Part shown: positions 49,101 to 63,450 of the stretch, one piece after another
Numbering within the stretch: the first letter of the stretch is position 1
Layout: the number at the start of each line of letters is the position of its first letter
From: Gnetum montanum
Lineage: Eukaryota > Plantae > Gnetophyta
Direction of reading: 5' to 3'
Assembly: GCA_015680685.1 (NCBI GenBank)
Contig: MNCI01003167.1
Span: 169,536-233,535, forward strand
Length of the DNA: 64,000 nucleotides
Notes under the pieces: generated by a model
Databases searched by the model: none
Seen by the model: the letters and a program-made list of their open reading frames with translations, nothing else
What the model was told of the DNA's origin: nothing
Translations under genes and position numbers: made by a program

Positions 49101-52100
49101 TACTATTTAATGAAATAACTTAGAATGAATTAACTCCCACAACAAAACCAACAAGAGAACTAACAAAAGGATCTTGTAAAATGTAGGAAAAATAGTAGCT
49201 TTGATAAATCAAAATTTACTAGCATCCACATCCATTGCTAATTTCATATCTCCATTCTCAAATGGTGCCACTACATAATGAAGATTGTGTCTCTTTATAA
49301 CAAGTATTGTAATTATCATAACAAAACCAAAAAGGACATGTTATAATAAAGGGCATGCCTCTTGAGGTGACCTTTGGGGGTTTGAACTAACATACTTATA
49401 ACTAGGCATTAGAGGTCATATTAACATGGAGTTTCATACTAATCTTGAAGTCCTTGTCATCTTCCACCTAGACATGCTAGAGTAAAGTACACTAGGCTCC
49501 TAACCCATTACCATGGTTCAAACATCATCATAAAAAGTAGTTGATGAGTCTAATATTTTTAGCATTCCATTGTTATCCAATTCTTATGAATTCATAAATC
49601 CAACCTTCAGTGAACTAGATGTTGTAGAATTTGTAAGACTCCTACCAATTTCCAAGCTAAGAAATCAATCACTAACATGTTATGTGCCTAAGGATTACAT
49701 ATTTACCCTATTATCTTCACATTTTTAATAAATCTTCTAACTTTTTATTAATCAACTACATTTTCTCATTTTATTTTCTTTGCACTATTTTATCTTCCAT
49801 CATTTTTTTCTTAATTTACATCTATATCACTACCTTAAATATTATTTTCATCTAGTACTTTATTTTCTATCATTTTACATAAAATTGAAAATCATAAAAA
49901 CATAAAATGAAAAATTCCAAAAACATAGAAAACTAAAGAATTCATAAACATATAAACAAAAATATTTGTTATTTCAAGAGAGTTCAATGTACCCTAGTTC
50001 TCAATCTTCAAAATATTCATACATATACATATCAAACATAAACACATCATCTAGCAAAGATATTAAGAACAAAAACATAACCAATGTTCCAACATATCAA
50101 CCCCCTACTTTCATAGGCACCATATTTTTAGTTCTTATGATTCTCATCTACTATTCCTCTTTATTTACATTGCTCATTCATCATTCTATCCCACAAGTAT
50201 AATTATTTTGAATTCCCATGATCTCTATCTCTCCTTCCTCTTTCATTAAATCATTCATTCATCATTATTTTCCCATTCCTATGAGAAATTTATCCCTTAA
50301 TTAACCCTAAACCTAAGCATCATCATCTGGTTTATACTCAAGACGTTATCAACCTAACCACCATCATTATAAGCACTCCATCTATGCTTACCTAGAGACA
50401 TTTTAGCCAAGGATGCATTATTATCTACAATAATATCATCCATCATCATGTAATAGCTATGTCACCTCATCGCTAGTGAGGTCCCTTCATCATCCTCAAG
50501 AGCCTTGGCAATGAAGCATATTATTTAGGAGATTCATATGGGAATTAGTACCTAGATTGTTTGAATAGTGCATGCCTTAATAGGTATCATATTTGATGAA
50601 AAAAAAGACGGAGAAATAAAAAAAATATTAAGTTTACTCTAACCCTTACCTCTTACTTTACTTATATTTTACTGCATTTCTTTTGATTTCCTTCCTATCT
50701 AAATTTTCTCTCTCTCTCTTTCTTGCATCCCCTTCTCTATTTTTATTTTTTACTATAATTCTTCTATACCTATCTTATGCAACTTCCTCTATTTCCCCCA
50801 ATTTCTACTTATTCCATTCTAGTAACATTTATTCTTATCATCATACTATGATGAGGATGTTTATTAGTGATCTACCTCATGCAAAGATTAATAAGTATTT
50901 TTTCATTTTTGCTCTATATGAGATTGTGTTGAGTTTGAGTGGGATATGAAGCGAATATTTCAATTTACCAATTTTCAACATCTATATCATTATATTTTAA
51001 AATGTTGTCATGCCCCACTTCTAAGACATATTACCTTAATGTGATGTATAAGTGATGTCTCTTATTTCTTTCTCCACTTTATTATTTTTTTAATTCTATG
51101 ACTCGATGATTTATCCCATCTCTCTTGTGCTCATCTATTTCTTTCACTCTCCTTCCTATCTTTGTTCCTTCCTCCCATAAGCACATTAGTGAGGATTGAA
51201 TGATTCTATGATATTCTATTAAGGATGTGTTAATATTTTCGATGAGACAAGATATCCAACATCATTTTTAATCATCTCATGTGTAGGATTTAGTCATGCC
51301 CCCCTTTTGTAGCATAGCACTATCCTCATAATTTTTGTATTAGTGATATCCTAGAATTTTTTCCTCATTCTACTTCTTTTCTCTTCCTTTCTATTTTTAG
51401 TTACATCACCAAATAATCATCTAACCTTTTCTTGATGAATCATTCTTCAGTACTTTAGTAACATCCATTAAGAGAGGATGATGTTGGATCCACTTTATTG
51501 GTATTCTACCTTGTCAAAATAATTGATATTTCAATACCATATCAAATTAGAGCATTAAAAGTCCTTAAAAATAACACCATAATACACAATTTTGGTTTTT
51601 AAATTTCTCTAGAAACTATTCTAATTTATAACCTAGCTTATGAATGTTAGTTTTGATGACCCTTGTGAGTTTGGGAAGTGAAATTCTTAAGTTTTCTACA
51701 ACTAATGCCAACACTAAGTTAAGCATTAGATTCATTCCCTTAGCATCACCTTTACATCACCATTCTTAAGGTTTATTTTGATCTCTAGTTTCAACTTCAT
51801 TGGACCTTGGGTAACCAATATACATTAGTTTAGGGATGATGAGCATCATTTTTCAGGATCTTCAACAAGTTTCCTTAAGTCATGAGATGGGCACTTTTCT
51901 AAGAATGATTAGTTGATAGTAATGCCAGCACTAGTGTTAGTGTTAACATTACTAGTCGTTGTCTCAACCACAATACTCAATACCCATTTAAAAATCAACA
52001 TTTTGATCTCAATCTTGACCTCCCAGTTCCTTCAGTGACTAATTGATGTTATTACTAGGACTTCAAATAATAAATATTAGAAGTTTGGAGGTAGTTTAAA

Positions 52101-54532
52101 AGTTAGGGATGAATTCAAAACTAAGTGTTTCTAGGTGATGTTGATGCCAATGTTAGCCTCACTTTGGCAACATTAATAATAGGCAAGATCATAAACTTCA
52201 GCATTTGACATCATCCTTTAACTTCATGAGGTCCCTAATGTCTCATAGTCATCATCATAACATTATCTACATTAGCTTAGATATTAGAAATGATCTCTAG
52301 ATATTGAAATATCATCTTGAAGAACATTGAAAATTCTAACTCTAGAGTTGGTAATGCTGATGTCACATCACATGAACAACTTAGCTTTTCTGAGCTTCTA
52401 GTTTCTAAAGATAAACTCTAGTCAACTACACTTGAACTCAAGGTCAAGTTTAAAAATCCTAAACCTATAAATAATAGACCAAACCATTAATTTTAGATTG
52501 ATTTATAGAGATCCAAATCATAGTTTTGGATTTTGAGGAATCAAAAGCACAAGTGCCTGCTTTCCCAACATCTTCCATGTACTCCATGCCCATATAGCTT
52601 CTCTTGGTAGTTTATGAGCTTAGTCTAGCATTTTTAACCCCAATATTTTATGAGGTGATTTCGACACCAGTATTAGCATTAGCATCAATATTAGTTAATC
52701 AACATTCACATCACTTATACTAATGTTAGTTTTTTTAACTCGACTTTTGCTTGTTAAACATTTCACCAAAAAACATTTGTTTTGACTTTGAATTGATTTA
52801 AGATAATATCTATAACTTTTGCATCAATATCTACACTTATCAAAGGTTAAATATCATTATCAAAACCATTATTTGGCTTATAAATTCAACCTCTATTGTT
52901 GGTCTTATCTCTCATACGTTTTTTCACTACCCCTAGTAGTTTTAGTCCTCCATAGAATGTGATAGGATGGTAATACCAAAATACTTTTTTCCATATTACG
53001 CACCTTTTTATCATTTCCATTTTCTTTTAAGTCATCATAAGCATAATTCTAATACTTAGTTTTTATCTACATCAATTAAACATTACTAACTCTAGTACTT
53101 AGAATTTACATTTTTCATTGTCCCTCCTATTATTTCTAGTTCATGAATAGTAAACTAAGTCCATATTTTATTAGAATTTTTGTGCTCATTCATATCATAA
53201 TCATTAATTTATTTAGGATTATATTGATCTAAATATCATTTATGACCATGAGTTCGATAATTAGCATCTAATTTGTGGAGGTATTCTTGCAAGATTATAA
53301 AAGAATAATTTTGCAGGAATACTAAGCCCATTAGGAAAGAGCCTGAAGTGGAATTTTCTAGGTATATTCCAACTACATTGATGAGACAATCTACTCAAGA
53401 TGAAATTCATAGACCTAAAATAAGAATAGAAGTCACAATGACAAAGAGTTAGTTAGAAAAGATTAAAAAAAAAAAAAGAAAATCTAAAGTTTTATCTTAT
53501 AGGAATCAAGCTTTATATCCTTCATGAAGTTCACTCATCAAAAAGGTTCAAGATCAACTACAAGAATTACTGATGTGGCCAACTCTATTATCTAATTGAG
53601 AATGGTACTTAGGAAAAACATATCTCTTTTGGAACAATCACCAAAGAGATGTAATTGTAAAGATCAAAGATATTACCATCTCCTACATTGTGGAGGCCAT
53701 TGTTGATGCTTTGGGACTTTCCTACATTAGCACATAGTTTCTAGAAGTATCCATCCAATAATATCAAGAAAGTAAGAATAATTGGATGCAATGATGCTAT
53801 GGAGTCAACACAATGAAGTATAGTGAACTCATCCAAGTCAAAAATATCTACTTCAAAATAGTGTGATATCATCTCATTCCGATGCTACAACCTAGTAAAA
53901 TTACATCTTTCTCATCCAAGATTTTTGTAGTCCTTAGTAGTTGATATTTTCCTTTTTGCATAGTTTTCTAATCAAGCATGTAAATTTTCTTCCTATCCTT
54001 CTCATTCTCTTTGAAGTGCTTCTCAGTTTTGAGAAAGATGATTTTTTGTAGGTTGAGAAGGTAATAACACTTAAAGATAGTAACTAAGAATTAATGACTA
54101 ATCATTCATACAATTGTAGATGGCACCAAAAAGAGTTCTAGAGGTAGGTGATCATTTCCAAAGAGGGAAGAATGACTAAGAGGAGAACGGAAATAAATAT
54201 GAGGACAAATAGAACCAAGATAAAAAGTCACACATGTAACTAGGCCCATTAGAAAAGAATACAAATTAGAAAATGTCATGTAGATTTCCACTACAAAGAT
54301 AGGATATTGTAGGTAGTATGAAGCGGCTAGACCTAGGCTAAGCCTAGAAGTCACATTGATAAATCCTTCCTATAAAATATAGGAATGAAGAAAATCTAAA
54401 GTTTCATTGTATCAGAACCAAGCCTTGGATCTTTCATGGAGTTCATTTTCTGGGAGGTTCAAAATCAAATACAAGCAAAGAAATATGTCTTATTATGTCA
54501 ACTAAAGAAAATGATACTTTAGGAAAATGTAT

Positions 54533-55492
54533 TGATGAGTGGCGAGGTACCCCTACGCACAACCATAAGAATACGAGAATTTCACACATGATCTGGTTGA
54601 ATTCCACAGACTTAAGTGCTTATGCACCCTTGTGGAACAAGGACGAGTTGGTTGATCATTGTCTTCCCAAGTTTACCTATATGTCACAATTGTATGGTTA
54701 AGTAAGCTTTAGGCATATGATTTCTATAGCTTTTATGTTTTTATGTCCTACGCTAGTAGGGAAGGAGAGAGATAAATAAGTGACTAATTTAACTTAAGTA
54801 CTCATTACCTAAGTTCTAACTAATCCTAACACCAGCATTCGTTCCCACTTTCCATACACATCAAGAACCAGTGCAACACTATTGGGATTACCAAATGCTA
54901 ATTGTTACTGNTTGATGTGTATGGAAAGTGGGAATGAATGCTGGTGTTAGGATTAGTTAGNNNNNNNNNNNNNNNNNNNNNNNNNNNNNNNNNNNNNNNN
55001 NNNTGTAAAGTGCATAAAATAAATTCATAAGAAAATAAAATAAAAGAAATGCATAAGAAAATTCTCAAGCGCTGCAAGGATGAATCAAAGAGCTCATCTT
55101 TATTTCCGTACATAGGATGTGCTTAGGTACATAATGCTTTAATAAAGATCCATCCACACTTAGACCTCTTGCTATGGGCACATGGAAAATACTCTAACTT
55201 TCAAATAGACTACAAGAGTTTTGCTACTGAATTTCTAAAAGACTTCTTTCCAATTGTGCACCTGGGCATTGTATTTATAGGCTTGGGAAAAACTACTCTA
55301 ATAATTAGAGTAACCGCTCTAATAATTAGAATAACTACTAAAGTAACTGCTAGAGTAACCACTCTAATAATTAGAATAACTGCTAGAGTAACCGCTCTAA
55401 TAATTAGAGTAACTGCTAAAGTACTACTAGAGTAGCCACTCTAATAATTAGAATAACTACTAGAGTAACCACTAGAGTAACTGCTCTTATCA
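54533..55492 (-). mobile_element. Solo LTR related to element C LTRs
   Basis: Starts TGATGAGTGGCGAGGTACCCCTAC as in C, ends TTATCA, and has a perfect 5-bp TSD TGTAT (54528-54532 / 55493-55497). Confidence 0.92.
55292..55490. repeat. Palindromic tandem array (CTCTAATAATTAGA[G/A] and TAGAGTAAC units) in the U3 of the solo LTR
   Basis: Five CTCTAATAATTAGA copies interspersed with TAGAGTAAC units. Confidence 0.9.
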
Positions 55493-58060
55493 TGTATCTA
55501 TTTTGGAACAACTACCAAAGAGACACAACTCTGAAGATCAAATATATTATCCTCTCCTACTCTATGAAGGCCATTGTTGATGCCCTAGGACTTTCCAACA
55601 TTTGCACATAGGTTGCAAAAGTGTCTATCTAGTTAGACTAAGAAAGCAAGAGGAAGTGGATGTAGTGATGCTATGGAGTTAATAAGAAGGAGTATAGTGA
55701 GAGGATCTACTTTAAAATAGTATCATATCATCTCAATTTGATGGTATGACTCAATAAAATCTTATTATTCTTAGATAGGTCATGTGTAGTGCTTAGCAAT
55801 CAATTTCCTATTAACATTTCCAAACTCACCTTTCTTAAAATCAAAAAAATATTTAAAAATAATGAGAAGGGAAGGAAGATACTCCTATTTACATGCTTTA
55901 TTACAAAATCTTGCAAAAGGAAAGGAATAACCTACTAGACTAATGGCATACTCTAGAAAGCCACAATAGCCTCATGATAAGAAATAATAAAAGAAAAGCC
56001 ACTACTAAGGATCTAAGGAAAAAAATCATCTCTATCAACAAAGGAAACACTAGGTACTAGAGCAACAATATAAGTACTAAAAAGATGAAATCAAGTACAT
56101 ACTGAAGGATTCATGAATTATCATCTCACAGTGAACCACTTCAATGAAGTTGCTTAAATTGTGAGCTAGTAACAGGATGATCCTTTGATAAGAGGAAGTC
56201 AAGTCACTATCCAAGAAATCCCTATCATAGAGGAAGTTATAGTATTCTTTCCATTAGAAAGAATTCCAAAGATTTCAAGTAATATTGTAGCTTTCTTTAT
56301 GTTGGTAGAGAAGGAGGATGGAGCTACAATGATGATCATGCCATATAAAGAATAGGAGACAATTGCAAAGATGCTAGTGGATAGAATTGAAGAAGCTCTC
56401 AAGGTTCCCATAGCATGATTACTAGAATATATTGTAATGGTAGACATTTATATGTATACAAGAACTAGATCATGAAGGGAGAGTTAACATAATATGAAGA
56501 AGTGCTAAAAAGATTAGTATGCATTTGACCATCGATTCCAAATTTCTTTGATATCCTAAAAGACATAACATCTACCTAGTTTAAACTCATTGAAATAAGG
56601 GGAAATCTCATCATTATAGAAATGAAATTTTAAGAAGCTACTTTTATCAATAAATAATTAATTGAGGTTATACTATTAAAGGTCCACTTATTTGATCTTT
56701 CCCTTCATCAATCTAGTCTCATAAGTGATGAGGGCTTTGAGCAACTCAAGGCTAAACAACAAGAAGTTGAAATGGATAAGAAAAAATCCACTTGAAATGC
56801 ATCCTTAAGGGAGGTAATGCTTATTGAAACAAAAAAGGTTCTTGACATGATACACAAAGAGAATAAGAAGTTGGTTGAAGAAAATAGGAGATTGCTTGAG
56901 ATGAAAAATTAAAAAGAACAAATCAAAGAATACCTTAAGTGACAAAAGGAGCTACTAGTAAAAGTTAACATATATGTATGAAGATTGGAAGCTAAAATCA
57001 AAAATCTCTCCATGGAGGAGATGCAGGTCATCCACCAAAAATTTATAATTAAGGTTACTACTTAGAAAAATAAAGCTATAAAGTATTAAAAAAATTATAA
57101 ATCATTAAATTAAACATGTGAATATGTAAAAGTATATCAATGAAAAATAAATATAATTAGTGAAGAAGAAGATAAATGAATCCCTCAAATAGCTCCAAGG
57201 TGATGCATGGTAGCTAATCTTTGTTGCACTAAATGCCTACAATAAGATTGAAATCCACATGAAGAAGTTATAGATTGAGGGTGATGATAGAATATATGAA
57301 GCTATCCAATCTTTGTTATGCCAAACCTATAATGCTAGTTGCTGGGAGGCCAAGATCAAACTTGGAAAAATAATTGTCCATGTCATACTTATTATATAAG
57401 AATAAGTACAAGCTCTATAAGGAGGCACAAAAAAAGCTTGAAATAGCTAACAAGGAGTTTGAAATATTAAAAATATTATTTGAAGATTAAAGAATTGTTA
57501 CTAAAAATATAGCCTAAAAAATAACTGACTATCAAGAGATGAAAAACATGGTAAAGTCATTCAATGTTAAATGTAGATAAGTAGCAACATGATTTGTCAA
57601 TGTGCATGTGATGTTTCCAACTCTATCCTAGCCTTGGGAGGTACCTAAAACTACTAATATAGGTGAACTAATATAGAAAAATGATGATATTAGGATAAAG
57701 AAGAGAAGATGCAGACATTTCTTGATGTTTTTTTAGCTAAAGTTTGTAACAATAGTAGTTGTAGGATAGTTGTAACCACCACCAAGACATGAGAAGCCAC
57801 CACAAGAGCTGTAGGAGCAACCAACATGTAGTACCACCTAAGGCATATGACTAAGTACATTTTTGTACATATCTACACAAGAATTTTTATAATGTGTTCA
57901 ATTTTATAAAAGATTCAGAATTTATTAAACACTTGAATAAATTTTGTAATGTGAAACTTGAGTCAGTTAGAAAAATTTAGTTGAGTTACTCCCATACTAT
58001 TATAAAAAACTTAGTTTCAATGTAGTTAAATTGATGAATTTTCTATTAATATTGAGGGTA

Positions 58061-58936
58061 TGATAAGTCTTGGTTTTTTCAACTATGTCAAGTATCGACA
58101 CATCAACATTGACACATGATTAGCTTTATTAATGCAAAAACATTAATGCTAGAGTAATAAATGCCTACATAAATACACACATCCATCACATTTATGATAC
58201 CAATAGGTCAATAGTATAGTTGAATTCTTGCATTTTCTTCCTAGTTAGTATAATAGTTAGAATTTATCACTTAGTGCTCCTAGCATAAACTAAGTGGATT
58301 TTTCAGAGTCCTATTCAAGTAATTATGTACCTAAATTCATCTTCATAAAAAAATAATTCTTATATATGCATTGCAACACTTGGCACTAGTTTAATGTTAT
58401 CCATCATTGTAATTTAATCTTAATTACTTTATATTTTTTTATTTTATCAATGTGAGAATAAGTTTTTATTCATTCATGGTGATATAATGATTCTTGATTT
58501 TATCATATAGTAGCATCAATGCATGGTGAATTTTGCCAATGTAGTAGTGTTGATGCAAGAAAAATAAATACCTCTATAAATGTATGCACCCACTACATTT
58601 ATGATACCATTAGACTAATAACATACCTAAATTCTTGCAATTTCTTCCTGTAACTATTAGAATTTATTGTGAAGTGCTCATAGGGTAAACTAAGTGGATT
58701 ATCCAAAGTATTATTCAAGTGATTATATATCTAAATACATTTTCATGATGGAAATAAGATCAAGATTCATTTACCTTGATTGTGGTGCTTGACATTAATT
58801 TAGTATTATCCNAACTAGTGATCCTTCACCTAGCTATCTAAATAACTATAGTACCAATTCATGAAATTTTACTGGTTTGAATATGAATGCTTTTGATCTA
58901 TATGGTTAGGTATAGGGTCTACTCTACTTCTCGTCA
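58061..58936 (+). repeat. 3' LTR of a family-A element, with an internal ~410-bp-period duplication
   Basis: GAGGGTA|TGATAA start, similarity to 36390-36560, and an end TATAGGGTCTACTCTACTTCTCGTCA resembling the C LTR terminus. Confidence 0.6.
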
Positions 58937-61049
58937 CCTTTTTTGGCTTTTTTGATTATAGCTTTTCACCAGAATCAATAGTAACAAAGTTGCTAGAATA
59001 CACAAGAATTTATTACCATGACAAGCTGCTCAAAGAAGTATGATATTCTAAGATCTAAAGTTACTTAATATTTTCTATATATGGTGTTCTTAACATAGTG
59101 AATTCCTTGAACTAGAATCTTAAGCATGACATTAAAAAATCCTCTATTGAAGATACCAATGCTTGAAAATTGATAATGTAGTGAAGAACATCATGGTTTG
59201 AAATGCAAATTTTAGTATTCATGATTGAATAAATCATAAGGTACTAGAGTAGAGATAATGCCATGGAGTATAGTAAGAATGGATTCCACAAGGCAATCTC
59301 ACCAGATCAACAACAATGCTATGCATAAGCCTCATGTCTTCAGGTTTGGAATAATTAGTAAAAGAAAATAAAATGTGATATTAGATGCTCTTGAATTACA
59401 TGGGATTGACTCCATTCTTATCATAATTTATCTAGATCCCTAATTCTAGTGCTACACTTTCATAAAAAATGATGATATATTTTATATTTTATTTATCTTT
59501 AGTTGTTAACTAATTTTTCATGGAAAGAGGAATAATAAAAAAAGAATCATGGGTTTGAACTCTAGCTTGAGATACATAACTTTATAAAATAAACATTATG
59601 AGCTAGATACTAAAATTTTTGAATGTTAATTAACTTGTCCTAAAACCTATGTACCACATGGATGATATTGACACTAAGATCTAGCCTGCAAACTAGGACT
59701 ACATGCAAGTGTAATTACATTGTATGATACAAGGAAAATAGAAATAATATTAAAAACTATGAAATATAATAAAGATATGATGTGAAAATATGATATACAT
59801 TACAAAATTACAAAGTGTGTTATAATGCTCAATGATAATTAAAATAATCAAATAATCAAATCAAGTGTTTGATCCAGGATCACCCTCTCATACCACTATT
59901 ATGAGATCATTCATGCAATATGTAACTTCATAGATATTATCAAACATAATAGCCATTAGTGAAGAGGATATCCTAGATAAAGGGACTTATTCAAATCTTA
60001 ATGAAGAAGACACATTTCATCAAAGTTTTAGTATATTCATAGCCATTGAATTTTTTTTGGCTTTAATAAAATTAGAAGGGGTAGTGGGCAAAGAGTAAAT
60101 GGAAATAATAATATGAGAAGAAAAAATAAAAATATGGATAAGATATTTTTTTTTAAGGATAGAGTAAGGATTTCTATGAGACTCCATCACACTACTTGTG
60201 AACAAGGCCCTTTTAATTAAAGGAATCTTTGCTCATGATGCACTTCATCCTTAGGTAAGAATTCCAACATTAGTCTAGTTGATTAATTACATTTCCAATG
60301 AATAGGATATTTTTGAAAAATTTATCCATGATGCAATTCAACCTCTTTGTATGTACCTTTAATTCTAAACCAGGAAGCATCATAGTAGGTCACCTAGGTA
60401 GCTAAGGGCTCTCAAGTGAAGAGAAACTCACTTTGTCTTATTTCTCATGGGAAAATCATGGATCATCACACTTGGGGATAGTGCTTATGGAAGGAAAAAG
60501 ACATTTTCTAAGTTCACATAATAAGCATGACTAATTAGTCTCTTAACTTTACATATCCTCAATTCATATGACCATTATAACAACATGATGAGTTACCATA
60601 AACAGTATTCTTTATAATCCAAAATAACTAATAAACTATTACTTTTGAAATAGCTTGGATGAGATCATAGAATTATATATATATATTACTATTTATTCAA
60701 CAATAAGAAATAACATATTTTGGAGTGAGTGATACAAAATATCATCTACACATCAACACAAAATGATGTTATGATGACCTAGAGCCTAGCCACATAAATG
60801 ATCATATTGATTATAAAAATTATAATGAAATAGAAATATAAATTTAGTAGAAAGTATGTATAATATACCAAACCAAAATTTTCATAGCAATGACCATGGA
60901 AATGAATGAAAAATATGCACATGTAACTATATAGATATGAAATGCATTTAAGAAAAGAGAGAGAAGTACTTGGGGATCTTCTGGATATTTACAAGGGATA
61001 CTAGAAGAAAAATGTTTCAATTGGAAAGAATTAATATTTATATGTAATT

Positions 61050-63450
61050 TATTTGCTTATAGATATACAATCTTGTAAACATTAGGTCCAATAACATCTA
61101 TGCCATGATAGGGACTTGACCACATGGTAGAAAAATTATTTTGCAAGCTTGTTTGACCACATACTCTATCTTTGTTAAGAACTAGATCATCCTCCTTAAA
61201 AGCATTGGTTGTGAGTTTTTTGTTAAATAATATTTTAATAATTTATTAATGGTTGAACAGACTCTTAATTGCTTTTATTCTCTTGAGTTCTAAATTTCAA
61301 ATGTCACATGTTCATGAAATTAAATGCTCATCTACTAAAAAATAATTTAAGAAAAATAAATATGTTGAAATTTTTAGGTTTATTAGCAAAATAGGCTCTT
61401 GTCTATATACTAAACATAATAAATTATATGGTGTCATTTTAATTGACTCTTTATAATAAACTCTATTTGTCCATACCATACATTTTAAATGTTCATGTCA
61501 TGTATAAATATTTTGAGTTTTCATTCTCATAATTTTGTCTAATATATTCATGTTGGATGATTTTCCTAAATCAGTATCTTGGAAATAGTATTTGGTTACA
61601 AACTTAATAATAATATTATTCTCTCTAGTGAAATTTGTAAATTCTATAGAAACAAAAGTAGGTCCATTATCTACTACGAAAGCGTAAGGGTACTCATATC
61701 TAGAAATTATATTACTTTTCAAGAATTGGATAACTTCACAAGACATCATAGTTTTAGTAGCTTTAACTACTAACCAATGCATGCAATAGTCAATTTTTGT
61801 ATGAATGAATTTATGTTATGCATATGATGATGGATTAATTACCCCTATAAAGTATAAAGTCCATTACGCAGAGGGTCAGACTTCCATAATGGATTGTAGA
61901 TAAGTTAATCTTTTTGGGTCTTCTTCTTTAAATAATTAACATTGCATGAATTTTTAGCAAGGCCATAATTTTCTATCATCATCATAGGCTAATAATAATA
62001 ATAAGCTATTCTAATCTTATAAACTAGTATATCATATTCTATATGCTCTTCTTCATGTAATTACTTTAAAGTGCCATTATCTTAACATTGATCTAGATAT
62101 TGAAGATAAATTCCTTTGAAATTTTTCTGCAATAATTCTCCATTAATTACGTAAAATTTAGAATATTTCAATATAAAAAAGTTTTATATCTAGGTATGTG
62201 TAAAAGATAGTAATGAAAAATTAGATANTGTTTTATATCTAGGTATGTGTAAAAGATAGTAATGAAAAATTAGTTAAAACTTAATACCCCTATACTATGA
62301 ATCATGTATTTAGTTATAAAGAAATAGAATAATATCCTTCCCTTCTATAGATAAAAGATGTATTAACTCATATTTTAGGAGCTTATGAATTTCTAATGTT
62401 TAATATTTAGCTATTAATTCTCTAAGACCCATTTCTCTTACTAATTTAGCTACCTTCCATTGAATATCATATTCTTAAAGTTTCATGACCAACCTAGCAC
62501 AATTTTTCCTAGGGTCTTGAAATTTAGCTAATTCAATAATAGGTAAATCAAGAATGATAACAAAAAATTTATCATTTAATAAGTAATTGAACTTATTTAA
62601 GTATTTAATAACAACATATAATTGCTTTTTTATGAGTTAATATCTAGATGAAGTGGACATGAAAGCTATAGGTCTCTCACTTTGAACAACGATGTTGTTG
62701 ATTAAAATGGTCATAGAAATACCATCTCTATAGAAAACATATAATTAAAAATCAATTTCATACCATGGTGAAGCTAAAACAAGGACATCTATAATGGCTT
62801 CCTTAATAGCAAGAAAAGAAATTTCCCTTTTTGTTATTCAATGCATGTCACTATCCTTTTTTAGTATATGTTCAATGCTCTAACTAATTTATTGTACATA
62901 CGGATAAATTATCTAATGAAATTAATTTTCCCAAATAATACCCTTAAATTAGTCTTGGATAAATGTTAATGGACATCTAAGATAGCATTTACTCTTATAG
63001 GATTAATTATGATTACCTCCTTAGTAACTATATGATTGAGAAATTAATCACTTTGGACATCAAAAATTGATTTTTTAGCATTCAAAGTAATACCAAATCA
63101 TTTATTTTTTATTTAAATTTTTTTAAGATCTTAGATGGGTACCGTGATCTTTATAGAAAATAGTCAAGTTATGTAAATAAATAATAATTCCATTTGAAAG
63201 GTAGAACTAGCATTTATAAGGCCAAGGGACATTTTTGCAAATTGGAAAGTTCCCCATTTTATTATAAAGGCATCCTTATAGTGATCTATTTTGTCAACTA
63301 AAATTTGATTATATCCTAAATATTTGTCTAAATATAACTATAAGTGTACACCATTCATTATCATCATCATCCTAACCTTGTCCCAAAAAGTGGGATCAAC
63401 TACATTAGTTCTTTTTCACTATTTACCTTTATGAAGAGCTAGATATTTTT
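61050..63450 (-). pseudogene. pol: Highly decayed Ty3/gypsy pol (RT-RH-INT)
   Basis: INT ORF 61498-61782 (NIISRYEYPYAFVVDNGPTF), WTLYFIGVINPSS, RH motif PIAFMS at about 62660, and RT remnants at 62900-63330. Confidence 0.8.

Larger units (their letters stand above)
53250..57800 (+). pseudogene. Second family-A accessory ORF with a tandemly duplicated N-terminal part, interrupted by a solo LTR
   Basis: 53480-53940 repeats at 54393-54532 plus 55498-55800. The remainder is collinear with 33650-36050. Confidence 0.7.

Noticed and set aside
54816-54960. Near-perfect 49-bp inverted repeat (hairpin) in the solo LTR
   Set aside because: The second arm is bounded exactly by a single n (54911) and an N gap (54961), and the related C LTRs lack it. 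It is most likely a mis-oriented contig fragment.
55292-55490. CRISPR-like palindromic repeat array
   Set aside because: The spacers are themselves repeats of variable short length, there are no cas genes, and the array is the U3 of a TSD-flanked solo LTR.
58937-61050. Possible gene or LTR in the AT-rich segment
   Set aside because: It has no coherent ORF, repeat partner or termini. It is probably the 3' region of the adjacent minus-strand gypsy remnant, but I cannot support that.
62181-62273. Exact ~44-bp direct duplication
   Set aside because: The copies straddle a single n at 62228; this is a scaffolding artifact.
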